Source: Patescibacteria group bacterium (GTDB lineage Bacteria > Patescibacteriota > Microgenomatia > Levybacterales > UBA12049). Taken from it: DNA of 64,000 nt. The translations under genes and the position numbers were made by a program. How positions within the stretch are numbered: the first letter of the stretch is position 1; each line of letters opens with the position of its first letter. Shown in pieces: positions 42,862 to 52,208 of this stretch. The notes below the pieces were generated by a model. It had not been told where the DNA came from. It saw only the letters and a list, made by a program, of their open reading frames with translations, and made no database searches. Location of the stretch: positions 6,882 through 70,881 of the forward strand of contig DATKGY010000051.1 in the NCBI GenBank assembly GCA_035510535.1, given 5' to 3'.

Positions 42862-44529
42862 TTAAGATTGCCCAAAACCAATTTTTCTGTCTTTTCTGAC
42901 AGTTTCGTAGTTTGCTATCACCGTTGCTAATTCTTCAGTGGTTAGGGGGGTAAAAGATTCTCCTCCCATTTCTGCTCTAACTTTTCTGGCGAGTGCTCTT
43001 CTAATAACTTCCTCTATATCAGCGCCGCTAAAATCTTTAGTGATCGAAGACAAGCGTGCCAAATCAAATTGCACATTAAATACTGGTCCACCGCCTGCGG
43101 CTTCGGCTGTTTTTTGCGATTTAGCCATTTTTAGCCTGAGAATTTGTTCTCTCTGTTTTGCATCTGGTAATTGAACAGGGACCAATAAATCAAGCCTACC
43201 CGGCCTTTTGAGAGCTGGATCGACTACGTCGATTCTATTAGTTGTACCAACCACAACAATTCCATCGGATCTTTTATCAATGCCGTCGAGATTGGTTTGT
43301 AAAACAGTAACGATTCGACTATTAATTTCGTTAGATCTTTCACGATTTCCGCCAAGCGCATCTAGTTCATCAATTAAGATAATTACTGGTGTATGTTCTT
43401 GTGCTTGTTTAAAAACTTCATTAACAAGTCTCTCGGTGCGTCCGTAAAGAGAGTGAACAACGTCAGCAAGTCTAACAACGTAAATTGCCGCATTCGCTTC
43501 ATGAGCGAGAGCTCTTGTTAGCATAGTCTTTCCTGTACCAGGTGGTCCATATAAAAGAATTCCTTTTGGTGAACGCGTGCCTCGTCTTTCATAGGCTTGT
43601 GGGTTTCTCAAGGCGTCAACTACAGTTTTCAGTTCTTCTTTGGCTGCTTCGTTTCCGCCGATATCGTCGAAAGTTTCTTCGGGACGCTCAACCAACTCAA
43701 CCTTTGATTGAACTTCAGCGGCAATTTCTTCTTCACTATCAAAACCTGAAGCAGAAAGCATTTTTTTTCTGCGGATCACATTTTTTTCGGTAGAGTTTAA
43801 TTTATTGGCTAAATTTGCCGGCGGTTTTAATTCAATAGTTTTAGAAGGAACGTAACCTTCATAAACTGAATAGATGGACTCGGCTACATACCCTGCAAGC
43901 TCGGCATATCTTTGAAGACCGCTGGTAAAATCTTCCTGAGTTCTGTTTATTGCAGATTGATTCGAATGTAAGCAAAAATCAGAAGAAGGAGAAGCTGGTA
44001 CGACTATCATTGCCAAAGGACCAGGTAATTCCGGAATACGTAATGTGGGACGATGTAACTCGTATTCAACTTCAGGATCTGCAGAATCTTGAATAATAAG
44101 CTTGTTCCCATCAAGTTCCAAGCTAAAACCCGTATCCGTTAATCTTATTACAAGATCTCTTTGGATTTCTCTCAGTTTACGTTGGAGATCTCTCTGATCT
44201 GGTCTGAGACTAAACCTATCCTCGTCAAGCATATCTCGTTTAGGAACAAATACAGTTTTAATTTCGAAACCTAGCTCACTCGTGTCATAAATAATTCCAC
44301 TTCCGATGCCCTCAATTTCTTCATTGCTGCCATTTTTAACCGTAGCAAGCATAAGGGAATCATCTGCGCCGTTGGCCGTTGCAAGGGCTTCGTTATCTGC
44401 GACCTCATTTTTGTGCGTAAGCCAACGGTGAAGAAGAGGTGCGCCATTTACCACAAAAGTAACATGACCGTTGGATGGTCTTTCGTCAGAACCTCTATCA
44501 ATTCCAAAATGTGGTCTGTCCGCGTGCAT
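42862..44529 (-). CDS. Classical-clade AAA+ ATPase (single AAA module) with an uncharacterised N-terminal region of about 290 aa
   Basis: Walker A GPPGTGKT, Walker B ILIDELDA, second region of homology TNRIDVVDPALKRPGRLD. Confidence 0.75.
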   Translation of the reverse strand: MHADRPHFGIDRGSDERPSNGHVTFVVNGAPLLHRWLTHKNEVADNEALATANGADDSLMLATVKNGSNEEIEGIGSGIIYDTSELGFEIKTVFVPKRDMLDEDRFSLRPDQRDLQRKLREIQRDLVIRLTDTGFSLELDGNKLIIQDSADPEVEYELHRPTLRIPELPGPLAMIVVPASPSSDFCLHSNQSAINRTQEDFTSGLQRYAELAGYVAESIYSVYEGYVPSKTIELKPPANLANKLNSTEKNVIRRKKMLSASGFDSEEEIAAEVQSKVELVERPEETFDDIGGNEAAKEELKTVVDALRNPQAYERRGTRSPKGILLYGPPGTGKTMLTRALAHEANAAIYVVRLADVVHSLYGRTERLVNEVFKQAQEHTPVIILIDELDALGGNRERSNEINSRIVTVLQTNLDGIDKRSDGIVVVGTTNRIDVVDPALKRPGRLDLLVPVQLPDAKQREQILRLKMAKSQKTAEAAGGGPVFNVQFDLARLSSITKDFSGADIEEVIRRALARKVRAEMGGESFTPLTTEELATVIANYETVRKDRKIGFGQS

Positions 44530-44778
44530 AAGAGACGATTATATATTACATCTGTCAGGATGTCAATACACTATGGGTTATAGTTATTTAAAGGATAAAC
44601 CACTTTTTATAGTGTCTCATTTGTCTCATTTAGCCTCAAAGGTGAGACACCGCTATAATGATATAATGGGTCTAGAGCGGTATGCTCAGGGGGATTGGAT
44701 TCGAACAGCCTCAAAGTCCGACACTCAGATAAATAATCAGTGGAAATTTTTCTAAACTTATGTCATTATTAAAAAGAT

Positions 44779-45309
44779 ATGCAAGTTACGGATACGCCGC
44801 TTAATGGATTAAAAATTATCGAACCCGATCAGTTTGAGGATAACCGGGGATATTTTCTTAAATCTTTTGAGAAGAAAGTATTTAGCGAACAGGAGATCGA
44901 TTTTACAATAGTTCAGATAAATCATTCTTTCAATTTAGCTAAGGGAACGCTTCGGGGAATGCATTTTCAAGTTGAACCTTTTGCTCAGGCAAAACTTGTT
45001 TTTTGTCAAAGAGGAAAAGCTTTTGATGTGGCAATTGATTTACGAAAAGATTCGGCTACTTATAAAAAATGGTATGGTTTGGAGCTTTCGCAAGAAACGA
45101 AGCAGATTTTATATATTCCCAAGGGTTTTGCTCACGGTTTCCAAACCCTGGAGGACAATACGGAAGTAATCTATTTTATTTCAAACGAGTATTCCAAGGA
45201 ACATGAGTCGGGAGTTAAATGGAATGACCCTGTTTTTGCGGTGAATTGGCCCCTAGAGCCTACGGTGATTGCTGATAAAGATAAAAATTGGCCGGATTTC
45301 CAAGATTAA
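44779..45309 (+). CDS. rfbC: dTDP-4-dehydrorhamnose 3,5-epimerase-family cupin
   Basis: FEDNRGYF, LRGMHFQ, QAKLV, AFDVAIDLR and GFAHGF motifs. Confidence 0.8.
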   Translation: MQVTDTPLNGLKIIEPDQFEDNRGYFLKSFEKKVFSEQEIDFTIVQINHSFNLAKGTLRGMHFQVEPFAQAKLVFCQRGKAFDVAIDLRKDSATYKKWYGLELSQETKQILYIPKGFAHGFQTLEDNTEVIYFISNEYSKEHESGVKWNDPVFAVNWPLEPTVIADKDKNWPDFQD

Positions 45310-45383
45310 TACCTCCAGCTTCATTAAATCTTCCGATACAGTGTTATTCTAAGGCTAAAACTGTTATAATTTCTGTCATCAAC

Positions 45384-46493
45384 ATGAAGATTGCGGTATT
45401 CCATGAGCTTCACAAAGGCGGCGCCAGAAGAGGGACAAACGAGTTTGCTCATCAATTAAAAAAACGGGGGCATACGGTAGACTTATTTACAGTTGATAAT
45501 ATAATCGCAGAGGAAAAAGAATTTTATAATAAAATTAACGTTTATAAATTCAAGCCCGTTATCTGGAAAGGGCACGATTGGAGGAAAAAGCTTTATAAAG
45601 ATACGGTTGAGCTTTTTAAACTTTTTTTGCTGGACAGGCGGATAGCAAAAGATATAAACCAGAGGAAGTATGATCTAGTCTACGTCGCGGCTTCTCAATA
45701 TATCGAATCACCATTTATTCTTCAATTTTTAAAACAACCCACTTTTTTCTATTGCAACGACCCTTATTACAGAATTATTTATGAGCTGGAATTATTTCAC
45801 AAAGATAATCTCAATTTTCTAAAATTAAGATATGAATTTTTAAATAGATTTATCAGAAAGTATCTTGACCGCTGGAATATTGGTAAAGCAAAATATATTA
45901 TCGCCATTTCAGAATTTTCAAATCAATTATTTTACAACGCTTATAAAAGGAAGGGAGACGTTGTCTGTTATGGCGCGTATACTTCATTTTTTGTTCCTTC
46001 TAAAAAAGAGAAAAATATAGACATTTTATTCATTGGTTCTGCCGATGAGCTTGACGGTTACCCGCTTTTTAAAGAAATTATAAAGAAAATGAAATATAAG
46101 GTAAAATCCAAAGTAGTACTGTTTGAGAAAGAATGGTTAAACGATAAAGAGCTTTTGGATGTTTACCAAAGAAGTAAAATACTAATCGCTCTGGCACACA
46201 AAGAGCCTTTTGGGATGGTTCCTTTGGAGGCGATGTCCTGCGGAGCGATCGTGGTTGCCGTAAACGAAGGAGGACACAAAGAAACCATTAAGAACCATGA
46301 AACAGGGTTTTTGATTGAGAGAGACGCAGTTAAATTTGCTAAAAAAATTGATTGGCTATTGGAAAATCCGGATATCGTCAGGAAAATGAGTAGAAATGCC
46401 AGGCGGGAAATGATAAAGAACTGGGATTGGGATAAAAAAGGTGAGGAGCTTGAAAAATTATTACTAGATAAATTACATGGGTTACAAAACTAA
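45384..46493 (+). CDS. Glycosyltransferase GT4
   Basis: C-terminal EPFGMVPLEAMSCGAIVVA (E-x7-E region). Internal ATG 45384 is preferred over 45288, which overlaps rfbC. Confidence 0.7.
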   Translation: MKIAVFHELHKGGARRGTNEFAHQLKKRGHTVDLFTVDNIIAEEKEFYNKINVYKFKPVIWKGHDWRKKLYKDTVELFKLFLLDRRIAKDINQRKYDLVYVAASQYIESPFILQFLKQPTFFYCNDPYYRIIYELELFHKDNLNFLKLRYEFLNRFIRKYLDRWNIGKAKYIIAISEFSNQLFYNAYKRKGDVVCYGAYTSFFVPSKKEKNIDILFIGSADELDGYPLFKEIIKKMKYKVKSKVVLFEKEWLNDKELLDVYQRSKILIALAHKEPFGMVPLEAMSCGAIVVAVNEGGHKETIKNHETGFLIERDAVKFAKKIDWLLENPDIVRKMSRNARREMIKNWDWDKKGEELEKLLLDKLHGLQN

Positions 46494-47706
46494 AGCAATT
46501 AAAAGCGTTTCATGGATGGGAGCGCTCAATATATCGACTAGAATTATCAGCTTGGTTAAGTTTATGATAATTGCCAGGCTTTTGGTTCCGGCCGATTTGG
46601 GAGCGTTTGGTTTGGTCGTATTTATAGTTGGCGTTGCTGAAGTTTTCTCGGAACTAGGAATTCAAACATTCCTTATTCAATACAAAAAGAACATCAATAA
46701 ATTTATTGATTCCGCTTGGATTCTACAGATTATCAGAGGTGTCGGGCTATTTATAATAGTTGCACTTTTGGCATTTCCTGCTTCTTTATTTTTTAGACAG
46801 AGTGTTTTGTTTCAGCTAATATTATTAGGGGCATTAGTACCTTTGATAAAAAGTTTTGAAAATACTTATGTCATAAATTTTCAAAAGGAATTACATTTCC
46901 ATAAACAGTTTTTTTACAATTTAATAATTGTCGTTTCTGATTTTTTGGTTTCGGTGACATTGGCAATTATTCTTCATTCAGTGCTGGCGTTGGTTCTGGG
47001 TTTGGTACTTTCTTCTTTGGTGGGAATTATCTATTCATGGGTAGTTTTAAAAACCAGACCGAAAAGAAGTTTTAATCGGGAGAAAATTGGCGAGATTTTA
47101 CACTATGGAAAATGGATAAATATCAATAGCGTTATTTACTATACGATTACACAGATGGATACATTATTTATCGGACGGCTTTTAGGAACATCTGTTCTTG
47201 GGTTATACCAAGTTTCCCAAAATTTTTCTTATACTCCCATGCAAGAAGTCGCCGATGTGGTAGGACAGGTAAACTTTCCGGTTTATTCAAAAATTGCCGG
47301 CGATATCCAGAGGTTTAAAAAAGCTTACCTTAAAGTTGTCAGCGCATTATTTTTAGTGGAATTGGTAATCGGAATAATATTATTTGTTTTTTCCAGAGAA
47401 TTAATTTTACTGTTTTTAGGTAGTAGATGGTTGTCCGGAGAATCAATCTTTAGAATATTTGTTGTCTATGGTTTTATTTATGCGTTAGTTGGTACCAACG
47501 GCGCCTTTTTCCTATCAATTGGCAAACAGGCTTTCCTTACTAAGATAAATATTATCAGGATTTGTATTCTTATTCCGCTGATGTTGATATTAATTCATTT
47601 ATTTGGAGCAGTTGGTGCGGTTTACGCTTTTATAATAAGCCTTTTGATTATTGCGCCGATTTCTATTTTTAATACCGTTAAAGTGCTTACATCTGAATCA
47701 AAATAA
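46477..47706 (+). CDS. Polysaccharide/oligosaccharide flippase (Wzx, MOP superfamily)
   Basis: 409 aa, about 12 TM helices. N-terminal KSVSWMGALNISTRII is typical of the Wzx family. Confidence 0.65.
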   Translation: MGYKTKAIKSVSWMGALNISTRIISLVKFMIIARLLVPADLGAFGLVVFIVGVAEVFSELGIQTFLIQYKKNINKFIDSAWILQIIRGVGLFIIVALLAFPASLFFRQSVLFQLILLGALVPLIKSFENTYVINFQKELHFHKQFFYNLIIVVSDFLVSVTLAIILHSVLALVLGLVLSSLVGIIYSWVVLKTRPKRSFNREKIGEILHYGKWININSVIYYTITQMDTLFIGRLLGTSVLGLYQVSQNFSYTPMQEVADVVGQVNFPVYSKIAGDIQRFKKAYLKVVSALFLVELVIGIILFVFSRELILLFLGSRWLSGESIFRIFVVYGFIYALVGTNGAFFLSIGKQAFLTKINIIRICILIPLMLILIHLFGAVGAVYAFIISLLIIAPISIFNTVKVLTSESK

Positions 47707-47707
47707 A

Positions 47708-48589
47708 ATGATTAAAGTTTCAATTATTATTGTCAATTACAAAGTAAAAGAGAAACTGCTTGTTTGTCTAAAATCTATTTATGATTCAAAACCTCAATCA
47801 AGCTTTGAGATTATGGTGGTTGATAATGACGAAGTCAAAACGATTGAAAAAGATTTGAAGAGACGGTTCCCCAAAGTAAAATATATAAAAAGTTCGAAAA
47901 ACCTTGGGTACGGCGGGGGAAATAATCTGGGCGCAAAATACGCCAAAGGGGAGTATCTATTTTTCCTAAATCCAGATACATTGGTTTTCAAAGATACGAT
48001 AGATGAACTGGTTAGCTTTCTTTTCAAAAATAAAAACGTTGGTATTATCGCTCCGCTTCTCATAGATAAAAATAAAATACCTTTTAAGCTGCAGGGAACA
48101 ACGGAACTAACGCCATTAAAAGGAATCATATGTTTATCATTTATTGAAAAATTGTTTCCGAATAATCCAGTATCTAAAAATTATTGGTTGAAAGAGTGGA
48201 GCCATCAGACACTAAGGGAGGTAGGAGTTTGTCCGGGTACGGCTTTGATGGTACGTAGAGACTTATTTAGGAAGATAGGCGGTTTTGACGAAAGATTCTT
48301 CTTATACTTTGAGGAAGATGATTTGGCAAAACGAGTCAGAACGCAAGGATACAAAATATACATCACGCCAAAGTCAAAAATATTCCATGAAATTGGTGTA
48401 AGCACTAAGCGGTTTAGGAATGCGAAGGAGGTTTTCTCTAGGAGTAGATTTAGATATTTCAAGAAACATTACGGTATTTTTAGCGCCTTATTGGTTGAGT
48501 CATTCTTGAGTATTAATAAATTGTTTTTATTCTTATTTTTCATACTCTTTCTGGCTTCATTGTTGGTAATTATGACGTATAATAAATAA
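47708..48589 (+). CDS. Glycosyltransferase GT2
   Basis: VSIIIVNYK, MVVDNDE, GYGGGNN, EEDDL. ATG 47708 is preferred over 47651. Confidence 0.75.
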   Translation: MIKVSIIIVNYKVKEKLLVCLKSIYDSKPQSSFEIMVVDNDEVKTIEKDLKRRFPKVKYIKSSKNLGYGGGNNLGAKYAKGEYLFFLNPDTLVFKDTIDELVSFLFKNKNVGIIAPLLIDKNKIPFKLQGTTELTPLKGIICLSFIEKLFPNNPVSKNYWLKEWSHQTLREVGVCPGTALMVRRDLFRKIGGFDERFFLYFEEDDLAKRVRTQGYKIYITPKSKIFHEIGVSTKRFRNAKEVFSRSRFRYFKKHYGIFSALLVESFLSINKLFLFLFFILFLASLLVIMTYNK

Positions 48590-48590
48590 G

Positions 48591-49364
48591 ATGCTTAGCG
48601 TTATTATTCTTACAAAAAATGAGGAAGAAAATATACTAGATTGTCTGGAAACTGTCGGTTGGGCAGACGAGATTATCATCGTCGATGATTACTCGGAAGA
48701 TAGAACAGTTGAAATAGTTAAAGCGCAAAACCTTAAGAACTTAACGATTCTAAAACGGGAACTGGTTGGTGATTTTGCTAAACAACGAAATTATGCCTTG
48801 TCTTACGCCAAAAATGAATGGGTATTATTTATTGACGCTGACGAAAGGATATCGCCAAAGCTTAGACAAGAAATAAACGATTTTATAATTGAGGAAAAAA
48901 GCCAGCCGCTTTTTAATGGAATGTATATAAAAAGAAAAGATATCATGTGGGGAAAATTATTGAAGCATGGAGAGACAGGTAATATAAAACTATTAAGATT
49001 AGCCAGGAAAGATGCCGGAGCGTGGCAGGGTAAAGTTCATGAACAGTGGGTAGCGGAAGGGGAGACAGATATATTTGAAAATCACTTAGTGCATTATCCT
49101 CACCAAACAATTTCGGAATTTTTGTCCGAGATAAACTTTTATACAACTATTAGAGCCAAAGAGCTACAGAGCGGCGGAGAAAAATCATCCATTTTTAAAA
49201 TCATTTTTTACCCGAAAGCCAAATTCGCACAAAACTACTTTCTTAGATTAGGTTTTCTAGACGGAATAGAAGGTCTAGTGCAAGCAATCTTAATGAGCTT
49301 CCATTCTTTCTTGGTGCGCGCTAAGTTATGGACTTATTTAGACAAAAAACAGTTAAATGGTTAA
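48591..49364 (+). CDS. Glycosyltransferase GT2
   Basis: LSVIILTKNEE, IIIVDDYSEDRT and IDADE motifs. Confidence 0.75.
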   Translation: MLSVIILTKNEEENILDCLETVGWADEIIIVDDYSEDRTVEIVKAQNLKNLTILKRELVGDFAKQRNYALSYAKNEWVLFIDADERISPKLRQEINDFIIEEKSQPLFNGMYIKRKDIMWGKLLKHGETGNIKLLRLARKDAGAWQGKVHEQWVAEGETDIFENHLVHYPHQTISEFLSEINFYTTIRAKELQSGGEKSSIFKIIFYPKAKFAQNYFLRLGFLDGIEGLVQAILMSFHSFLVRAKLWTYLDKKQLNG

Positions 49365-50500
49365 AGGGGAATTGGGTACTTTTAGTCATATCCGTATCAG
49401 GATTAGTCCTAAGATTATTAGGACTAATTAACATCCGGCTAGCGGGGGACAATGTTATTTTTTGGTCTGCCGCGCGGTCAATAGTTGAAACGGGAAAACT
49501 TCCTTTACTTGGTCCAAGTGCCAGTGTTAACGCGAATTTTCATCTAGGGCCCGCTTATTACTATTTTTTAAGTATCCCTTACTTTCTAGGCAGCGGTAAT
49601 TTTAATTTCGCGATTGTTTTCTCCGCAGTAATTAACTCTTTTTCTATCCCGCTTTTATATTTAGTTTCGAGGAGTTGGTTTTCAAAGGGCGATAGTTTAA
49701 AAATTACAGCTCTTTTTGCCTTCAGTAGTTATATTGTTTCTGTACAAAGTTTTCCTTGGAATCCATACTTTCTTCCATTTCTAATCATTTTGTCTTTATA
49801 TTTCATAGTTAAGATAAACGAAAAGAAGTATTTTTTCTTTCCTTTATTGTGTATGGTTTGGGGCATTTCAATACAACTGCACGCTACGGCCCTATTTTTG
49901 TTGCCGGTTTTTGCATATTTACTGCCGCTTAAAAAAATTTCAGTCAAACAATATTTATTAGGATTAACAGCGTTTTTAATAGTTAATTCTTCCTGGCTCT
50001 ATGTTAATCTAACCACAAACTTTAGTCAGATGAAGGAAGCAATTCTAATATTTTCGTCAGGACCAACCGGCAATTGCACTTTTTCGTATTGGTTATTAAA
50101 TCATGGGCATGGAGAACGTTGTTTCGCATACCTAAGGAATACTTTATTCGCTTTCAGGTTTATGACAATGAGTTTATTCAATTCCGAAAATATGATTTTA
50201 GTTTTTTCGGCAATGATTATTACAATTTTATACTTTATAAAAGCTCAGATGTCTGAAAAGAAAATACTTCTGGTTTGGCTAGGCATTCCTATTGGTTTAT
50301 TTTTGTTTTATTCTTCAGGAATTTACCTGCATTATTTTTTGATACTTACGCCATTGCCATTTTTTCTGTTAGTAAAATTATTAGCAAAGCTTAATAAATT
50401 CGGACGAAAGGGAATACTTTTAGGTAAAGCAATTATTATTCTGACAATAATACTTAACATTGTAGGATATATTTATTCTTTGCAGTTTATAAGAGGATGA
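49328..50500 (+). CDS. Polytopic membrane protein, GT-C-like (ArnT/PMT-type), putative
   Basis: 390 aa, TM-rich, in the glycosylation locus. Family inferred. Confidence 0.4.
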   Translation: MDLFRQKTVKWLKGNWVLLVISVSGLVLRLLGLINIRLAGDNVIFWSAARSIVETGKLPLLGPSASVNANFHLGPAYYYFLSIPYFLGSGNFNFAIVFSAVINSFSIPLLYLVSRSWFSKGDSLKITALFAFSSYIVSVQSFPWNPYFLPFLIILSLYFIVKINEKKYFFFPLLCMVWGISIQLHATALFLLPVFAYLLPLKKISVKQYLLGLTAFLIVNSSWLYVNLTTNFSQMKEAILIFSSGPTGNCTFSYWLLNHGHGERCFAYLRNTLFAFRFMTMSLFNSENMILVFSAMIITILYFIKAQMSEKKILLVWLGIPIGLFLFYSSGIYLHYFLILTPLPFFLLVKLLAKLNKFGRKGILLGKAIIILTIILNIVGYIYSLQFIRG

Positions 50501-50585
50501 AAAGAATTTACTTTTTGGCTTACGTAATATTTGTAGTTATCACGCTGATTCTGTACCTGAATTATCTGCTTTGCAAAGGAGGAAT

Positions 50586-52208
50586 ATGTTTGCCTTAGCA
50601 ATTTTGATTGGTATTTATTCCTATCTTGTTTTTTCCTTGGGAATATTTGGTTTACTCAATCTGTCTGCCGTTTTGCTGACGACCGTTATCTATTTTTTAA
50701 TTTTGACAATTCTCTATCGGCAAAAATTCAAGTTTACATTGAGAGATCTTAGTATTGAAAAGCTGACGGTTTGGTTTAAGAAAAATAAGCTATTCAGTTT
50801 TGTTGCATTAATAATTTTAATTCAGGCATTAATCAATTTAATTGGAGTTTTAGGGCCAGAAATCTCTTTTGACAGCCTCTGGTATCATCTGACACTACCG
50901 AAATTATACATTGCCAGCGGGCACATTTTCCATATTCCGGGTTCAAGTCTTTATTATTCGGATGTGCCAAAGCTGACGGAAATGCTTTATACCTCGGCAA
51001 TGATTTTTAGCAACGATATACTGGCTAAGTTAATCCATTTTTCTTTTGGAATATTGATATTAGTCGCAATTTATAAAATCTCCCGCAAGTTTATGTCAAA
51101 AGAGTTTTCAGTATTGGCTGTAGCAATATTTTACGCCAATTTGGTCGTCGGCTGGGAATCAATAACGGCTTACGTTGATCTTTCAAGGACTTTTTTCGAA
51201 ATAATGGCACTCTGGGGATTTTTAAATTGGTTTGAAACAAAACAGAAGAAATGGTTGGTTATTTCAGCCGTAATTTTGGGATTGGCTGTTGCAGCCAAAT
51301 TGATTGCTGTGTTTTCCTTGCTAATATTTTTGGTGTTGTTTATTTACAAAAAGTTTTTACAAAAAGAAAAATGGTTGGTTGTAATCAAAAATTATTTAAT
51401 TTTCTGCTTTATGACAATTCTAATTCCATTGCCATGGCTTATTTTTTCCTATCTAAACACGGGTAATCCGTTATATCCGTACTTTACCACTCAATTGGCA
51501 GATTCGGGAATGACATTGGTTTTGCCCAACCTATTGAATTTCTTCGGTGATTTTTATAATTTTTTCTTAAGACTTAATGACCCGATTACGCCAATTTATC
51601 TAATTGTCCTGCCATTATTTATTTTAGGATTCAAAAAATTCAATTTCAGAGTTAAAACTTTGGCAATCTATGCAATGCTCGCCCTAATTATCTGGTACCT
51701 GACGGAGCAAGTCCGGGGAGGAAGATTCATCTTGCCTTATTTGCCGGTATTCTCTATTCTATCCGCTTACGTAGTTGGAAAAGTGCAGATGCGGAACTTG
51801 CGGATGTTTCTGGTCGGCGTTATCATTTTCGTCGGTTTAATTTCAATCGGATATAGGGGAATTGCCAACGCTAAGTTTGTGCCGGTTATTTTAGACAGAG
51901 AAACCAGGCCTGAGTTTTTAACAAAATACTTAAACTTTTCTTTCGGAGATTTTTACGATACCGACAATTATTTCCGGAATCACTTAACCAAAAATGATAC
52001 GGTACTCTTGTACGGTTTTGGCAGGCTTTATTATGTAGATTTTAACTTCATTGATTCAAGTTGGGTTAAAAAAGGCGACCGCTTTGATTATGTCGCGGTC
52101 CAAGACGGCGTACTTCCGCAAAGATTTTCCGATTGGCGGGAAATCTATTATAATAAGCTAACCAAAGTAAAATTGTATACAAAAGAAGGCCAACAATGGG
52201 TTTACTAA
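50586..52208 (+). CDS. Polytopic GT-C-like glycosyltransferase (PMT_2/ArnT-type), putative
   Basis: ATG 50586 is preceded by aaaggagg; the ORF-track TTG start at 50571 is less likely. TM-rich with a C-terminal soluble domain. Confidence 0.5.
   Translation: MFALAILIGIYSYLVFSLGIFGLLNLSAVLLTTVIYFLILTILYRQKFKFTLRDLSIEKLTVWFKKNKLFSFVALIILIQALINLIGVLGPEISFDSLWYHLTLPKLYIASGHIFHIPGSSLYYSDVPKLTEMLYTSAMIFSNDILAKLIHFSFGILILVAIYKISRKFMSKEFSVLAVAIFYANLVVGWESITAYVDLSRTFFEIMALWGFLNWFETKQKKWLVISAVILGLAVAAKLIAVFSLLIFLVLFIYKKFLQKEKWLVVIKNYLIFCFMTILIPLPWLIFSYLNTGNPLYPYFTTQLADSGMTLVLPNLLNFFGDFYNFFLRLNDPITPIYLIVLPLFILGFKKFNFRVKTLAIYAMLALIIWYLTEQVRGGRFILPYLPVFSILSAYVVGKVQMRNLRMFLVGVIIFVGLISIGYRGIANAKFVPVILDRETRPEFLTKYLNFSFGDFYDTDNYFRNHLTKNDTVLLYGFGRLYYVDFNFIDSSWVKKGDRFDYVAVQDGVLPQRFSDWREIYYNKLTKVKLYTKEGQQWVY

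Noticed and set aside
44683-44740. A complete tRNA or tmRNA gene around the ggattcgaac motif.
   Set aside because: No cloverleaf can be folded. The 5-prime T-stem partner, the anticodon arm and the acceptor 5-prime strand are all missing. Only a 3-prime-terminal fragment is tRNA-like.
50497-50598. A 33-aa hydrophobic ORF (MKRIYFLAYVIFVVITLILYLNYLLCKGGICLP) bridging two GT-C-like genes.
   Set aside because: It could be a detached first TM helix of the downstream gene, produced by a frameshift or sequencing error, or it could be a chance ORF. I cannot distinguish these without reads or homologs.
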